Below are positions 1 through 8,793 of a stretch of DNA of 64,000 nt, in pieces (within the stretch, counting starts at the first letter, position 1; the number at the start of each line of letters is the position of its first letter). Both the position numbers and the translations under genes were made by a program. Origin of the DNA: a virus; IMG/VR virus record IMGVR_UViG_3300005264_000001, positions 1 through 64,000 of that record, one strand, 5' to 3'. The notes below the pieces were generated by a model that ran no database searches, had not been told where the DNA came from, and saw only the letters and a program-made list of their open reading frames with translations.

Positions 1-2
1 AA

Positions 3-1028
3 GACGGAAAGATTATTGTAGGGATTATTGAAAGAGACCAACATTTAGGAATTGGTAAATCAACTATCAACAAAGTCTGGAAGAATCTAGTTGTTAAACC
101 ACCTTATTCACGTTGTACCGTTGGCTCAAAGAAGAATTTAGATAAATTAAACTTTAAAGAAGGTGTATTTGTTCAACAAAAGATGGACGGAACTTACAGG
201 TCAGCTCTAGTACAAAATGGAAAAGTTACATTTACATCACGTTCAGGACAAGTTCAATCATTTCCATTATTAGAAGAACAATTATTAGAATTAGATTATA
301 TTACTGATAAAGATTATGTACTACTAGGTGAATTAACTCTTAGAGGAGAAAAAGATAGACAAATTGGAAATGGTAATATTAACTCATCTACTCCAGACCA
401 TGAAAACATTATATTTACAGTTTGGGACATTTTAGACCTTGAAGAATACAGAATGAAGAACGGTGATTCAGATTATGAGTGTAGATTTAACTATTTAAAA
501 GGAGTCTTAAATTCATCTCCCTCAACTATTATTGATTTAGTTCCAACAAAAATGGTTTATTCCTTAAAAGAAGCATATGAATTTTTTACTTACATGACAC
601 AACAAGGATTTGAAGGAGCTGTAGCAAAATCTAGAACTATGAAATGGAAAGATGGAAACTCAGTAGAACAACTTAAACTTAAATTGATTATTGATTTAGA
701 AATGAGATTCACAGGATTCACTCAAGGTTCAGGAAAGAATAAAGATTACTTTGGAGCAATGACATTTGAGAATGATGACAAAACTATTGTTGGTAAAGTA
801 GGTGTAAGTTCCTTTGGGGATAAATTAAGAAATTACATTCACGAAAATAGAGAAGAATATTTAGGTAAAGTATTTACAATTCAATGTAATGATATTACAA
901 AAGCTAAAAGTAATACAACATATGCTTTATCACACCCACGATTTATTGAATTAAGAAACGATAAAGATACAACAGACACTCTTGAAAGAGCCTTTGAATT
1001 AAAAGAAATGGCTATGGAGAATAAATAA
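3..1028 (+). CDS. lig: ATP-dependent DNA ligase (5' truncated by window edge)
   Basis: Frame is open from base 3. Motif I QQKMDG, LLGEL, GFEGAVAK, LKLK and a C-terminal OB fold ending SHPRFIELRNDK. Confidence 0.93.
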   Translation, partial: DGKIIVGIIERDQHLGIGKSTINKVWKNLVVKPPYSRCTVGSKKNLDKLNFKEGVFVQQKMDGTYRSALVQNGKVTFTSRSGQVQSFPLLEEQLLELDYITDKDYVLLGELTLRGEKDRQIGNGNINSSTPDHENIIFTVWDILDLEEYRMKNGDSDYECRFNYLKGVLNSSPSTIIDLVPTKMVYSLKEAYEFFTYMTQQGFEGAVAKSRTMKWKDGNSVEQLKLKLIIDLEMRFTGFTQGSGKNKDYFGAMTFENDDKTIVGKVGVSSFGDKLRNYIHENREEYLGKVFTIQCNDITKAKSNTTYALSHPRFIELRNDKDTTDTLERAFELKEMAMENK

Positions 1029-1029
1029 A

Positions 1030-1446
1030 ATGAACGAAAAAATAAATTTTAGAAAAGCAAAGTTAGGAGATAAATATATACATATCCCTACAGGAAAGGT
1101 TTGTGAACTTATTTCACATTATGAAGAAAAGGTTTTTAGTTTAAGACCTGTAGATTATGATGGATTTATGACTTACTCAGTAGTGAGTGGTTGTTTAAAT
1201 GAACAAAATCAATGGGAAAAAGTAGAAGATACTTGGAATATTAAGAATTGTGACTTATTAAACTACCGATACCTAGATAAACAAACAGTTTTGTGTAGAA
1301 AAGATGTAGATGTTAGAACTCTTAAAAAAAAGATAATTGAAGATATCTACAATGACTCAAAATCAAGACTATCAAAGGATGAAAATCTGTATATCTTTAG
1401 GCAGGATATGTGTAAAATTTTAGAAGCTAGGTTTGAAAATGATTGA
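1030..1446 (+). CDS. hypothetical protein
   Basis: ORF coupled to the ligase by TAAAATG. Confidence 0.7.
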   Translation: MNEKINFRKAKLGDKYIHIPTGKVCELISHYEEKVFSLRPVDYDGFMTYSVVSGCLNEQNQWEKVEDTWNIKNCDLLNYRYLDKQTVLCRKDVDVRTLKKKIIEDIYNDSKSRLSKDENLYIFRQDMCKILEARFEND

Positions 1447-1627
1447 TACAATTATACTTTCATATTTATCTTGTAGTACTTTAGTTATGACTTTCTATAA
1501 AAGTCTTTACATTGGAATGACACCAAAAGAAACAATTAACACATTTTTTGTAGGTTTCTTTTTTGCTCCTTTAATATTATCATACGTATTTTATATAATG
1601 TTAAAGAGAAAACTTATAAAGGATTAA
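1439..1627 (+). CDS. small membrane protein
   Basis: Two hydrophobic segments; start overlaps the upstream stop. Confidence 0.55.
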   Translation: MIDTIILSYLSCSTLVMTFYKSLYIGMTPKETINTFFVGFFFAPLILSYVFYIMLKRKLIKD

Positions 1628-1649
1628 GTATTATTTATATTAGAGAAGG

Positions 1650-3656
1650 ATGGATAAAGAAAAAATAAAGAAAAGAGTTGAAAAATTCAAAACTAAAGCA
1701 AGTGTTCGTAAGGAAATTAATAATTTATACGATGATTTATACTCTAACACAATGATGTTAACTGATGAGGATAAAAGTGAAATTAATTATGAAATATCTT
1801 TATTAGAAAAGAGACTTATCAAGATTAAAGGTAGTAAAACTACAGGTATTTCTCAAATTAAAAAAGAAGTAGAAAACAAAGAAGTAGAATTTAATGAAGA
1901 AGCTAAACAAATATTAGATAACTTTGATAAAATTGATTATTCTATTGGATTAGAAATAAAAGAGTTGAGAGAATGTCCTTTACATGACTTCTTACGACAA
2001 AATAAATTGTATCAACACTTTTATTCATTATTTAGAATTAGATTCAGAGGAAATTATACATGGATTGCTCCATTATTCATACTGTTTATTCAATCATATT
2101 CTACAAGTGTAGGAAAGTTTAAGATGAATGATACAGATGAATACTCAAAAAGAATTAATATCTATGGTTACAAAGCATCAGGTGGAGGAAAAACAGCATT
2201 ATGTAAATTTGTTGTTAATCTATTGGAATTTTTAGATGTTCCAGCTATCTCAACTGTAAATCCAGGAACTGAAGCAAATTTGAGAGGTACTGTAATGACA
2301 TCAAATGATAATGTTACAGTTACAGCTGGAGCAATGGGTTGCTCACTTGTTGCATTTGAAGAATTAAAGACAATTCTAGCAGCTGTATCAAAAGATGATA
2401 AGTTACAAGGTTTCCTACTAGGATTATTAGAAAATACTTGGGTTGATTCAGGAACAGCCTCAGCAAACTCATTAGTAGCAAGATATAGAGAACAATGTGA
2501 AGATGAGAAAAAAGAAAAAATATCTGAACAAGTTGAACAGGTTGAACAATTAGAAACAAAGTCACTTACTACTCTTGATGATGGTATGAATTTACCTGAT
2601 GTTGAGATAAAGAAGAAACCAAAATATAATGGTAGACCAAAAGATAAAATAAAATTAGAGTTAGAAACTGACACGTATAAAGTGTCAACTTATAAAGGAG
2701 AAGTAACTGCTCAAAGTAAAATGTTTTTTAAAAACAATGCTAATTGTATTATTATGAGTCAACCAATCTTTGCTTCTTCTAGTAGATTAGAAAGAGAAAT
2801 GCAACAAAAGTTTATGTGGGAAACAGGAGCTCAATATAGAGGAATTTTCTTACATGATGTTGATAGAGTTACAAAAGAAAAAGAAACTGAGTATAAAATT
2901 CAAAGAACAACTTTCATTAATCAACTTAAAAATATATTTGATGTAGAAACAGGAAAAGATGCTGCAAAAATACTTCGTGAGAAAATGAAAACATTACTTG
3001 AAGAATTACCAGAGATGCCAATGTATATTAAATATGATGAAGTTATCGATGCTATGTCAAGTAATTTTGATAAGTGGTCTCCAACTTGGAAAACTATAAC
3101 TGACGATTTGTCAACAGCTGTTGAAAATGGTGTTGATAGTGGTGAAATTAAATATATGACATCTTACAAACAACGTACTGAATTTGTAAATATCCCAGTT
3201 ATGACTGATATCTTAGCATACATAAAAGGTGTTACATCTCCAGATTCTGAAATGTGGAAAGTAGCAACAATGTATTGTGCAAAAACTTTACAAAGTTTTA
3301 AAGATTATCTAGCAAATACAGGTGAATCAACTGTATTCTCAAAAGAGGCCCAAATGAAGAACTATTCACCAATCATACTTAAAACATTAACTAGTTTAAT
3401 AAATAAAAGTAGAAGAAACAATAAAGATATTGTGGATGAATATTATCATTACCCAAGTTTGACATTGTTTAATAAAAAAGCAGAAACGGAAATTAAATTA
3501 AAAGTTAGTGATAAATTTGATAAAGGATTATATACAAAAACTATAAATACTTTAATTGAAGCAGAGAAGATTGACGTTACGAATACAAATCCATCAAATG
3601 GAGATAAATTTAGACATAACACAAAAAAGGTAATATACAAAGGAGTATTAAAATGA
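1650..3656 (+). CDS. divergent MCM-like AAA+ ATPase, putative replicative helicase
   Basis: Walker A GYKASGGGKT. TEANLRGTV...TAGAMGCSLVAFEEL resembles MCM SAAGLTAAV...EAGALVLAD.GVCCIDE. Sensor-1-like IIMSQP. Confidence 0.65.
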   Translation: MDKEKIKKRVEKFKTKASVRKEINNLYDDLYSNTMMLTDEDKSEINYEISLLEKRLIKIKGSKTTGISQIKKEVENKEVEFNEEAKQILDNFDKIDYSIGLEIKELRECPLHDFLRQNKLYQHFYSLFRIRFRGNYTWIAPLFILFIQSYSTSVGKFKMNDTDEYSKRINIYGYKASGGGKTALCKFVVNLLEFLDVPAISTVNPGTEANLRGTVMTSNDNVTVTAGAMGCSLVAFEELKTILAAVSKDDKLQGFLLGLLENTWVDSGTASANSLVARYREQCEDEKKEKISEQVEQVEQLETKSLTTLDDGMNLPDVEIKKKPKYNGRPKDKIKLELETDTYKVSTYKGEVTAQSKMFFKNNANCIIMSQPIFASSSRLEREMQQKFMWETGAQYRGIFLHDVDRVTKEKETEYKIQRTTFINQLKNIFDVETGKDAAKILREKMKTLLEELPEMPMYIKYDEVIDAMSSNFDKWSPTWKTITDDLSTAVENGVDSGEIKYMTSYKQRTEFVNIPVMTDILAYIKGVTSPDSEMWKVATMYCAKTLQSFKDYLANTGESTVFSKEAQMKNYSPIILKTLTSLINKSRRNNKDIVDEYYHYPSLTLFNKKAETEIKLKVSDKFDKGLYTKTINTLIEAEKIDVTNTNPSNGDKFRHNTKKVIYKGVLK

Positions 3657-3838
3657 AAACAAAAGAACAAGTAAGAAAGGATAACGTGAGTAATGCATCA
3701 AAGTATCAAAAGAAGAAAAACGATACTTTCAACGCTTTACCAAAAGAAGAGAAAACAGAGATAATGAACAATTATGCTCTAGAGATGTTACAAAATATGA
3801 GAGAAGGTAACATAGAAACACCTGAGAGGAGAATTTAG
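3653..3838 (+). CDS. hypothetical protein
   Basis: Start overlaps the upstream stop (ATGA). Confidence 0.6.
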   Translation: MKTKEQVRKDNVSNASKYQKKKNDTFNALPKEEKTEIMNNYALEMLQNMREGNIETPERRI

Positions 3839-3839
3839 A

Positions 3840-4571
3840 ATGAAATTACAAGTTGTTACAAAAGAAGAAAAACCTAGATTAGATAATAACGATGAATTAA
3901 TATGTCATAAGTGTGCTAATTGGCCTGATATGGCTGAGGACCATAATTTAGATAAAAAAGATGGAAGAATGTTTAGAGATAAAATGTTTCATAATATATT
4001 GGAAATGAAAGGCTCTTATGAAGAGGATTACTTATCATCACAAGACTTTTTTAGAACTATAGAGATACCAGAACACAGAAAAATTAAATTAAGTGGTGAA
4101 CGTGGGTGTGTATTATGTAATATTGATTTAGTTGAACCTGTATTTCACTATGCACTAATTAAATCATTATGTGATAATAAAACGGCTCAATATTATTTAT
4201 TTAGTAAAGGTGTATTTGTAAAATCATGGTATATAGAAGAACACTTAAAACACATAAAGGTTGTTGAGAATGAGGAAATTATGAAAGTTAAAACACCAAT
4301 TCAAATTGTAAATACAAGAATAGCTGATATTGAATACAGATTGAGAGAGTTAAAAGATACAGGAGATTCATTTAGTATTGACAAAGCAGAAACTTCCTTA
4401 ACTAAATATATTGCTATAAAAGCAACATTAGAAGCTGATATGCCAAAAGATACAAACAAAGGAACATCATATAGTAAAATGTTTGAGAAGATACAAGCCA
4501 AAAGATTACAAATCGAAGAATCAAAATCGAATATTGAAGAATCGAATATTGAAGAATCGAAAGATTTATAA
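3840..4571 (+). CDS. hypothetical protein with two CxxC pairs and a C-terminal coiled coil
   Basis: CHKC and CVLC; in the operon. Confidence 0.7.
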   Translation: MKLQVVTKEEKPRLDNNDELICHKCANWPDMAEDHNLDKKDGRMFRDKMFHNILEMKGSYEEDYLSSQDFFRTIEIPEHRKIKLSGERGCVLCNIDLVEPVFHYALIKSLCDNKTAQYYLFSKGVFVKSWYIEEHLKHIKVVENEEIMKVKTPIQIVNTRIADIEYRLRELKDTGDSFSIDKAETSLTKYIAIKATLEADMPKDTNKGTSYSKMFEKIQAKRLQIEESKSNIEESNIEESKDL

Positions 4572-4594
4572 ATAGATAATCATTCTTATATATT

Positions 4595-4725
4595 AGAGGT
4601 AGAGATACTTCTGGATAGATAACACATTGAGATTATTTTTATATAAGCTTATTTGTTTTCTCATACGATTTTTACACACTTGATAAATTCTTAGTGTGTT
4701 ATCGAGGATTGAAATATCCTCAAAA
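4595..4725 (+). ncRNA. candidate structured small RNA
   Basis: TATA at 4565-4572 with no ATG at the expected position. 5' GAGA-loop hairpin 4595-4612, 15-bp stem 4618-4632/4689-4703 with two G-U pairs, 3' hairpin 4704-4721. Confidence 0.55.
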
Positions 4726-4748
4726 ATTCTAACAAATTTTAATTCTAA

Positions 4749-4786
4749 ATACAAAGACTTATAAACAATAGAACATTAATAATATT
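4749..4786 (+). promoter_or_regulatory. early-type archaeal BRE/TATA promoter (AAAGACTTATAAA), leaderless
   Basis: TTATAAA ends 21 nt before the ATG. The same spacing occurs before ATGs at 7695, 12102, 17530, 19282, 20948, 24488, 24750, 33802, 35732, 36793, 43204, 54958(-) and 55533(-). Confidence 0.85.
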
Positions 4787-4924
4787 ATGGTAAGAGAAAT
4801 CATAAAAAATAAGTTAACATACACTTTAGAAAGTGGGTACGTAATAAAAGTAGATAGAGGGAACATAGTTCTAGGTAAAGACATCAAAGAAGTCATAAAA
4901 GTCTTAAAGAGGTTAGAAGAATAA
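4787..4924 (+). CDS. small hypothetical protein (45 aa, MVREII...)
   Basis: Leaderless ATG at canonical spacing; below the ORF track size cutoff. Confidence 0.65.
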   Translation: MVREIIKNKLTYTLESGYVIKVDRGNIVLGKDIKEVIKVLKRLEE

Positions 4925-4925
4925 A

Positions 4926-5132
4926 ATGGGAGTAATGGGATGTAATAGAAAAGGTTGTAATAATGTCATGTGTGATAAATATTCAACAACTTTTGGATAT
5001 ATTTGTTATGAATGTTACTATGAAGGAATTGGACAAGATTTATCTGTATTGGAATTTATGAAAACAGATAAAAACACTTTTAAACAAACAAGAGAAACAG
5101 AATTTGAACACTATTTTGTAGAGGGAAACTAA
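4926..5132 (+). CDS. small Cys-rich protein
   Basis: CNRKGC...C...CYEC; TAAAATG coupling. Confidence 0.65.
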   Translation: MGVMGCNRKGCNNVMCDKYSTTFGYICYECYYEGIGQDLSVLEFMKTDKNTFKQTRETEFEHYFVEGN

Positions 5133-5375
5133 ATGGAAGGTAAAAGAGAAACTGTGAAAATGACTAAGAAAAGATTTCTTAGAGAAGTAGAGAAGAATAA
5201 AGAAGGTAAGTTTATTAAAGCAGTTTGTTTTTATTGGTATACAATTAAATATAATGATGTACTAGTAAAGAAATTATTTAAACCTGTTTATGAAACATTT
5301 GATGAGTTCAAAGAACGTGCAAAACAAGAGTTAATTAAATTTAAGAATTATAAAGAGGAATATTTAAATGAATAA
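5133..5375 (+). CDS. hypothetical protein
   Basis: Abutting ORF. Confidence 0.6.
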   Translation: MEGKRETVKMTKKRFLREVEKNKEGKFIKAVCFYWYTIKYNDVLVKKLFKPVYETFDEFKERAKQELIKFKNYKEEYLNE

Positions 5376-5580
5376 GGAAATAAAAGAAAATATGATTTAT
5401 CTATTAAAAAGATTAAATGAAGATTATGAAGGATTGTTTACATTAGATTACAATAACTATATCTTTGTATTAAAATATAATGGTCTTGAACTTGTTAAGT
5501 TTACACCTTGTGTTGCACGAGATAGAGTTTGGTGTGATAATATTTATTGGAGAATTAAAGGTGAACGAGATAGAGTTTAG
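5368..5580 (+). CDS. hypothetical protein
   Basis: Overlapping ORF in the operon. Confidence 0.55.
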   Translation: MNKEIKENMIYLLKRLNEDYEGLFTLDYNNYIFVLKYNGLELVKFTPCVARDRVWCDNIYWRIKGERDRV

Positions 5581-5779
5581 AAAAGTAGGAGATATACAAT
5601 ACGATGGTTTTAATTCAATAGATAAACTTACACCTCCTAAAGAAAAACAAACCTTACTAAAAGGTTATTACAAAGGAGAATATTATATATTTGTAAATCA
5701 TAAGTTAGTGGAGATTTCACATTTGGAATCTGATGAATTTGAAAGAGTTCATAGAATAAATAGATTAGAAAAATGTTAA
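5561..5779 (+). CDS. hypothetical protein (probable GTG start)
   Basis: 3' part of ORF 5480..5779; GTG near the upstream stop. Confidence 0.45.
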   Translation: MNEIEFRKVGDIQYDGFNSIDKLTPPKEKQTLLKGYYKGEYYIFVNHKLVEISHLESDEFERVHRINRLEKC

Positions 5780-5961
5780 AAGATAAAGCAATAGAAAAAG
5801 CAATAACAAATTCATATGGTGTAAAAACTAAGGGATTTTATTATGCAGACGTAAAGAAAGCAGTTAATAAACTAAGAGACTTATTTGATATAGATGGTGG
5901 TGGTTCTGAAGGATATACAGCAAAAAAAATTGATGAGATATTTGGAGACTTTAAAAAATGA
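5773..5961 (+). CDS. hypothetical protein
   Basis: Coupled ORF. Confidence 0.55.
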   Translation: MLKDKAIEKAITNSYGVKTKGFYYADVKKAVNKLRDLFDIDGGGSEGYTAKKIDEIFGDFKK

Positions 5962-7664
5962 AAGTATTAACAGCTGAAAAAATTAGAATTGAAATAGAAG
6001 GAGAGGTTTTCTTTTGTACATCGAATTTGAGTGTATTAGAAGTATATTGTTTCATGAAAACTAGAATTGAAGACGTGACATATTCAGACGGAATGTGGAA
6101 AGTACTTACAAATGAAGACAATATAAAGACGTTACAAGAACTTTTATCTTTTAGTATAGAATATATGAAATGGTCAGAAAAGTTTCTAGATTCACTTAAA
6201 AACAAGGATAAAAAAGAAGTAAGTGCTCGTGTGTTGTATCTAAGAAAGAAGTATCAAATGATTAGTAAGAGATTTCCCTTTTTATATGATTTTCAAAAGA
6301 AAGCAGTATTGAAAACAGCTTATAATAAACATGGTGGTCTGTTACTCGGAATGTCAATGGGTACAGGAAAAACAATTACAAGTATTGCTGCTGCTCTTTG
6401 TTTATCTGAAAATATCTTTATTGTGTCACCTGCTCCGTTAATGGAACAATGGCAAGCAGAATTATCAAAATGGTTTGATAAAGATAGTGTTATCTTTAAA
6501 GGTACAAAAGGTAAAAGAGAAAAATTGTATAAAGAGAACGAGAAATCTATAAAAATTATATCATATGATACATTTAAGAATGATAAAGATAATCTTGATT
6601 TACGTAAACAATTTAGACATAGTATATTAATTTGTGATGAAGCAACGAAACTAAAAAATAAGAAATCACAAAGATATTTAGCAATAAGTAAAAATAAGAA
6701 TTTCTTTAATTGGAAGATATTTTTGAGTGGGACACCTGTAACAAAAGCATTACGTGACATTCATACATTAATACAATTAATTAATAGGGGATTAGCTGGG
6801 TCTATAAAAGATTTTGAAATTTACGAAATGATTACAAGTGGTTGGGGATATAATCAAAAGACATTTCCAAAATTAGTAGGATATAAAGATTTAGATGTTT
6901 ATGTTAAAAGAATTAAACCTGTATATGAACGTAAGACATTGGAAGATATTGGAAAACAAATGCCTAAGAAAACTATAATAAGAGTTGATATTGAGCAAGA
7001 TAAACCACATCATAAATTAGCTGATTTGATATTAGAGGAACACACAGCATTTACAGGTTTCTCTTTATTATGTATGTTAGATAGTGGAATTACAAATATT
7101 GTAAATTCAGAATCAGAGAGTGTTCAATTAATAGAAGATGAACTACCAACTAAATATACAGAAAATAAGTTAGCTGTCTTAAAAGAACTAGTTGAAGAGA
7201 TAGACGATAAGACTTTAATATTTACACGATTTATTCAAACAACTAAAATGTTGAAAAAAGAATTACAAAAAGAATTTAAAAATAAGAAAATTGTAATTGT
7301 AGATGCATCAACACCTAATAAAGAAATGATTAAAAATCAATTCAATACAGGAGATATTGATATTGTAATAGCTACTGAAACATGGACTGAGGGTGTTAGT
7401 CTTGGTGAAGTGGATTATCTTATCAATTATGATGTCACACCATCTGTAGATAAATATTTACAGAAAAATGATAGAATCTATCGTTTAAACTCAACTAGAC
7501 CTAAGTTTATATATAATCTTGTTGGAAATGTTGTAGAACAACACATTATGGATATATTAGAGAAGAAACTTATCCTTATATCTGCTGTGACTGATGGGCA
7601 GGCAGGAATTATGTCTGATTCAGATATTAAAGAGGAAGTAATGAAAAAACTAGGAAAAAGATAG
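5958..7664 (+). CDS. SNF2-family (SF2) helicase/translocase
   Basis: LYDFQ, MGTGKT, ICDEAT, LSGTP, TEGVSL, QKNDRIYR. Confidence 0.92.
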   Translation: MKVLTAEKIRIEIEGEVFFCTSNLSVLEVYCFMKTRIEDVTYSDGMWKVLTNEDNIKTLQELLSFSIEYMKWSEKFLDSLKNKDKKEVSARVLYLRKKYQMISKRFPFLYDFQKKAVLKTAYNKHGGLLLGMSMGTGKTITSIAAALCLSENIFIVSPAPLMEQWQAELSKWFDKDSVIFKGTKGKREKLYKENEKSIKIISYDTFKNDKDNLDLRKQFRHSILICDEATKLKNKKSQRYLAISKNKNFFNWKIFLSGTPVTKALRDIHTLIQLINRGLAGSIKDFEIYEMITSGWGYNQKTFPKLVGYKDLDVYVKRIKPVYERKTLEDIGKQMPKKTIIRVDIEQDKPHHKLADLILEEHTAFTGFSLLCMLDSGITNIVNSESESVQLIEDELPTKYTENKLAVLKELVEEIDDKTLIFTRFIQTTKMLKKELQKEFKNKKIVIVDASTPNKEMIKNQFNTGDIDIVIATETWTEGVSLGEVDYLINYDVTPSVDKYLQKNDRIYRLNSTRPKFIYNLVGNVVEQHIMDILEKKLILISAVTDGQAGIMSDSDIKEEVMKKLGKR

Positions 7665-7694
7665 TTTTATAAAGACAAAACTATTTCTATTACT

Positions 7695-8639
7695 ATGAAT
7701 AATAAATCAGTAGTATGGTGGAGTGGTGGTAAAGATTCAACAGCAGTAATTTTAAAATTACTTGAACTTGGTTATAGAGATTTTAATGTCGTATTTATAG
7801 ATACTGGAATTGAATTCGATGAAATGTATACATACATAGAGAGAAGTAAGAAATATTTCTTAAAGTTTGGTATAAAAGTAAAAACATATAAGTCAAAAAA
7901 ATATACTTGGGAAAATATGTTTTATTCTATAAAACAAAAAGGAAAGAACAAAGGGGATAATTACGGTTTTCCTTATACTTGTGGTGCCTGGTGTAATGCT
8001 AGGTTGAAAGTAGACCCGATGAATGAAGCAAAAAAAGATTTTAAAGACTATATAGAAATAATAGGATATGCGATAGATGAAAAATCAAAAATAAGACAAT
8101 TAAAGATAAAAAATAAACTTAATGGGATAGATAAATTCAAAACAGTTAAATATGTTAAAGATAAAAAAACAAAAGAGATAAGAGAAGTTACATTAGAACA
8201 TGACATTTCAAATGAAAGATATTTATTAGCAGAACATAATATGAAAGAATCTGATTGTTTAGAATTATGTAAAAAACATAATCTATATAATCCATTATAT
8301 GATTTGTTTGGAAGAACTGGATGTTGGTGTTGCCCTAAACAACCATTAGCAAGTTTAAGAATCATTTATTTAAAAATGCCTGAAAAATGGAATCAACTAC
8401 GAGTGTGGCAAAAAAATAGTAAGAATTCATTTAGACCTAAAGAATCAATTTTTGATTTACAAGAACGATTTGAATCTGAGATTATCGAATCTAAGATTAA
8501 GCTTTTAAAAAAAACAGTATTAAAACATTATTTAATTTTTAAAACAACAATTTTTCATTACTCAACAATAACAATAATTCTATCATTACTCAACAATCAA
8601 CAACTTTATAAACACGTAATCATTCTTATATTATACTGA
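7695..8639 (+). CDS. PAPS-reductase-family (DndC-like) enzyme; true C-terminus may be in the -1 frame ending at 8542
   Basis: PP-loop SGGKDS, FIDTG, WCNARLK, RTGCWCCP. Confidence 0.85.
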   Translation: MNNKSVVWWSGGKDSTAVILKLLELGYRDFNVVFIDTGIEFDEMYTYIERSKKYFLKFGIKVKTYKSKKYTWENMFYSIKQKGKNKGDNYGFPYTCGAWCNARLKVDPMNEAKKDFKDYIEIIGYAIDEKSKIRQLKIKNKLNGIDKFKTVKYVKDKKTKEIREVTLEHDISNERYLLAEHNMKESDCLELCKKHNLYNPLYDLFGRTGCWCCPKQPLASLRIIYLKMPEKWNQLRVWQKNSKNSFRPKESIFDLQERFESEIIESKIKLLKKTVLKHYLIFKTTIFHYSTITIILSLLNNQQLYKHVIILILY

Positions 8640-8725
8640 CCACAGAGTCAGACTTAGTAAACTTACAAAACTTACATTTAATTATTAGAGATTATTACCT
8701 CACAATTTTTATATTTATTCTAACG
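8635..8725 (+). ncRNA. candidate small RNA
   Basis: TATA at 8605-8612 with the same TAATCATTCTTATAT spacer as the 4565 promoter. 5' hairpin CTGAC-cacaga-GTCAG; no ORF before the next promoter at 8731. Confidence 0.4.
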
Positions 8726-8793
8726 AAAACAAAAGACTTATAAAGAGTTAATCATTATTATATATTATGAGTTGAAAAACTCGAGAAAATAAA

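Noticed and set aside
2455-2720. Intein in the helicase
   Set aside because: No C-terminal HN-C/S/T splice motif or LAGLIDADG blocks.
4527-4562. 15-bp tandem repeat encoding SNIEE twice
   Set aside because: Simple slippage duplication in a disordered C-terminus.
7695-8639. Complete Dnd/Ssp phosphorothioation system
   Set aside because: No cysteine desulfurase, DndD/DndE or SspB-like genes are recognisable in the window.
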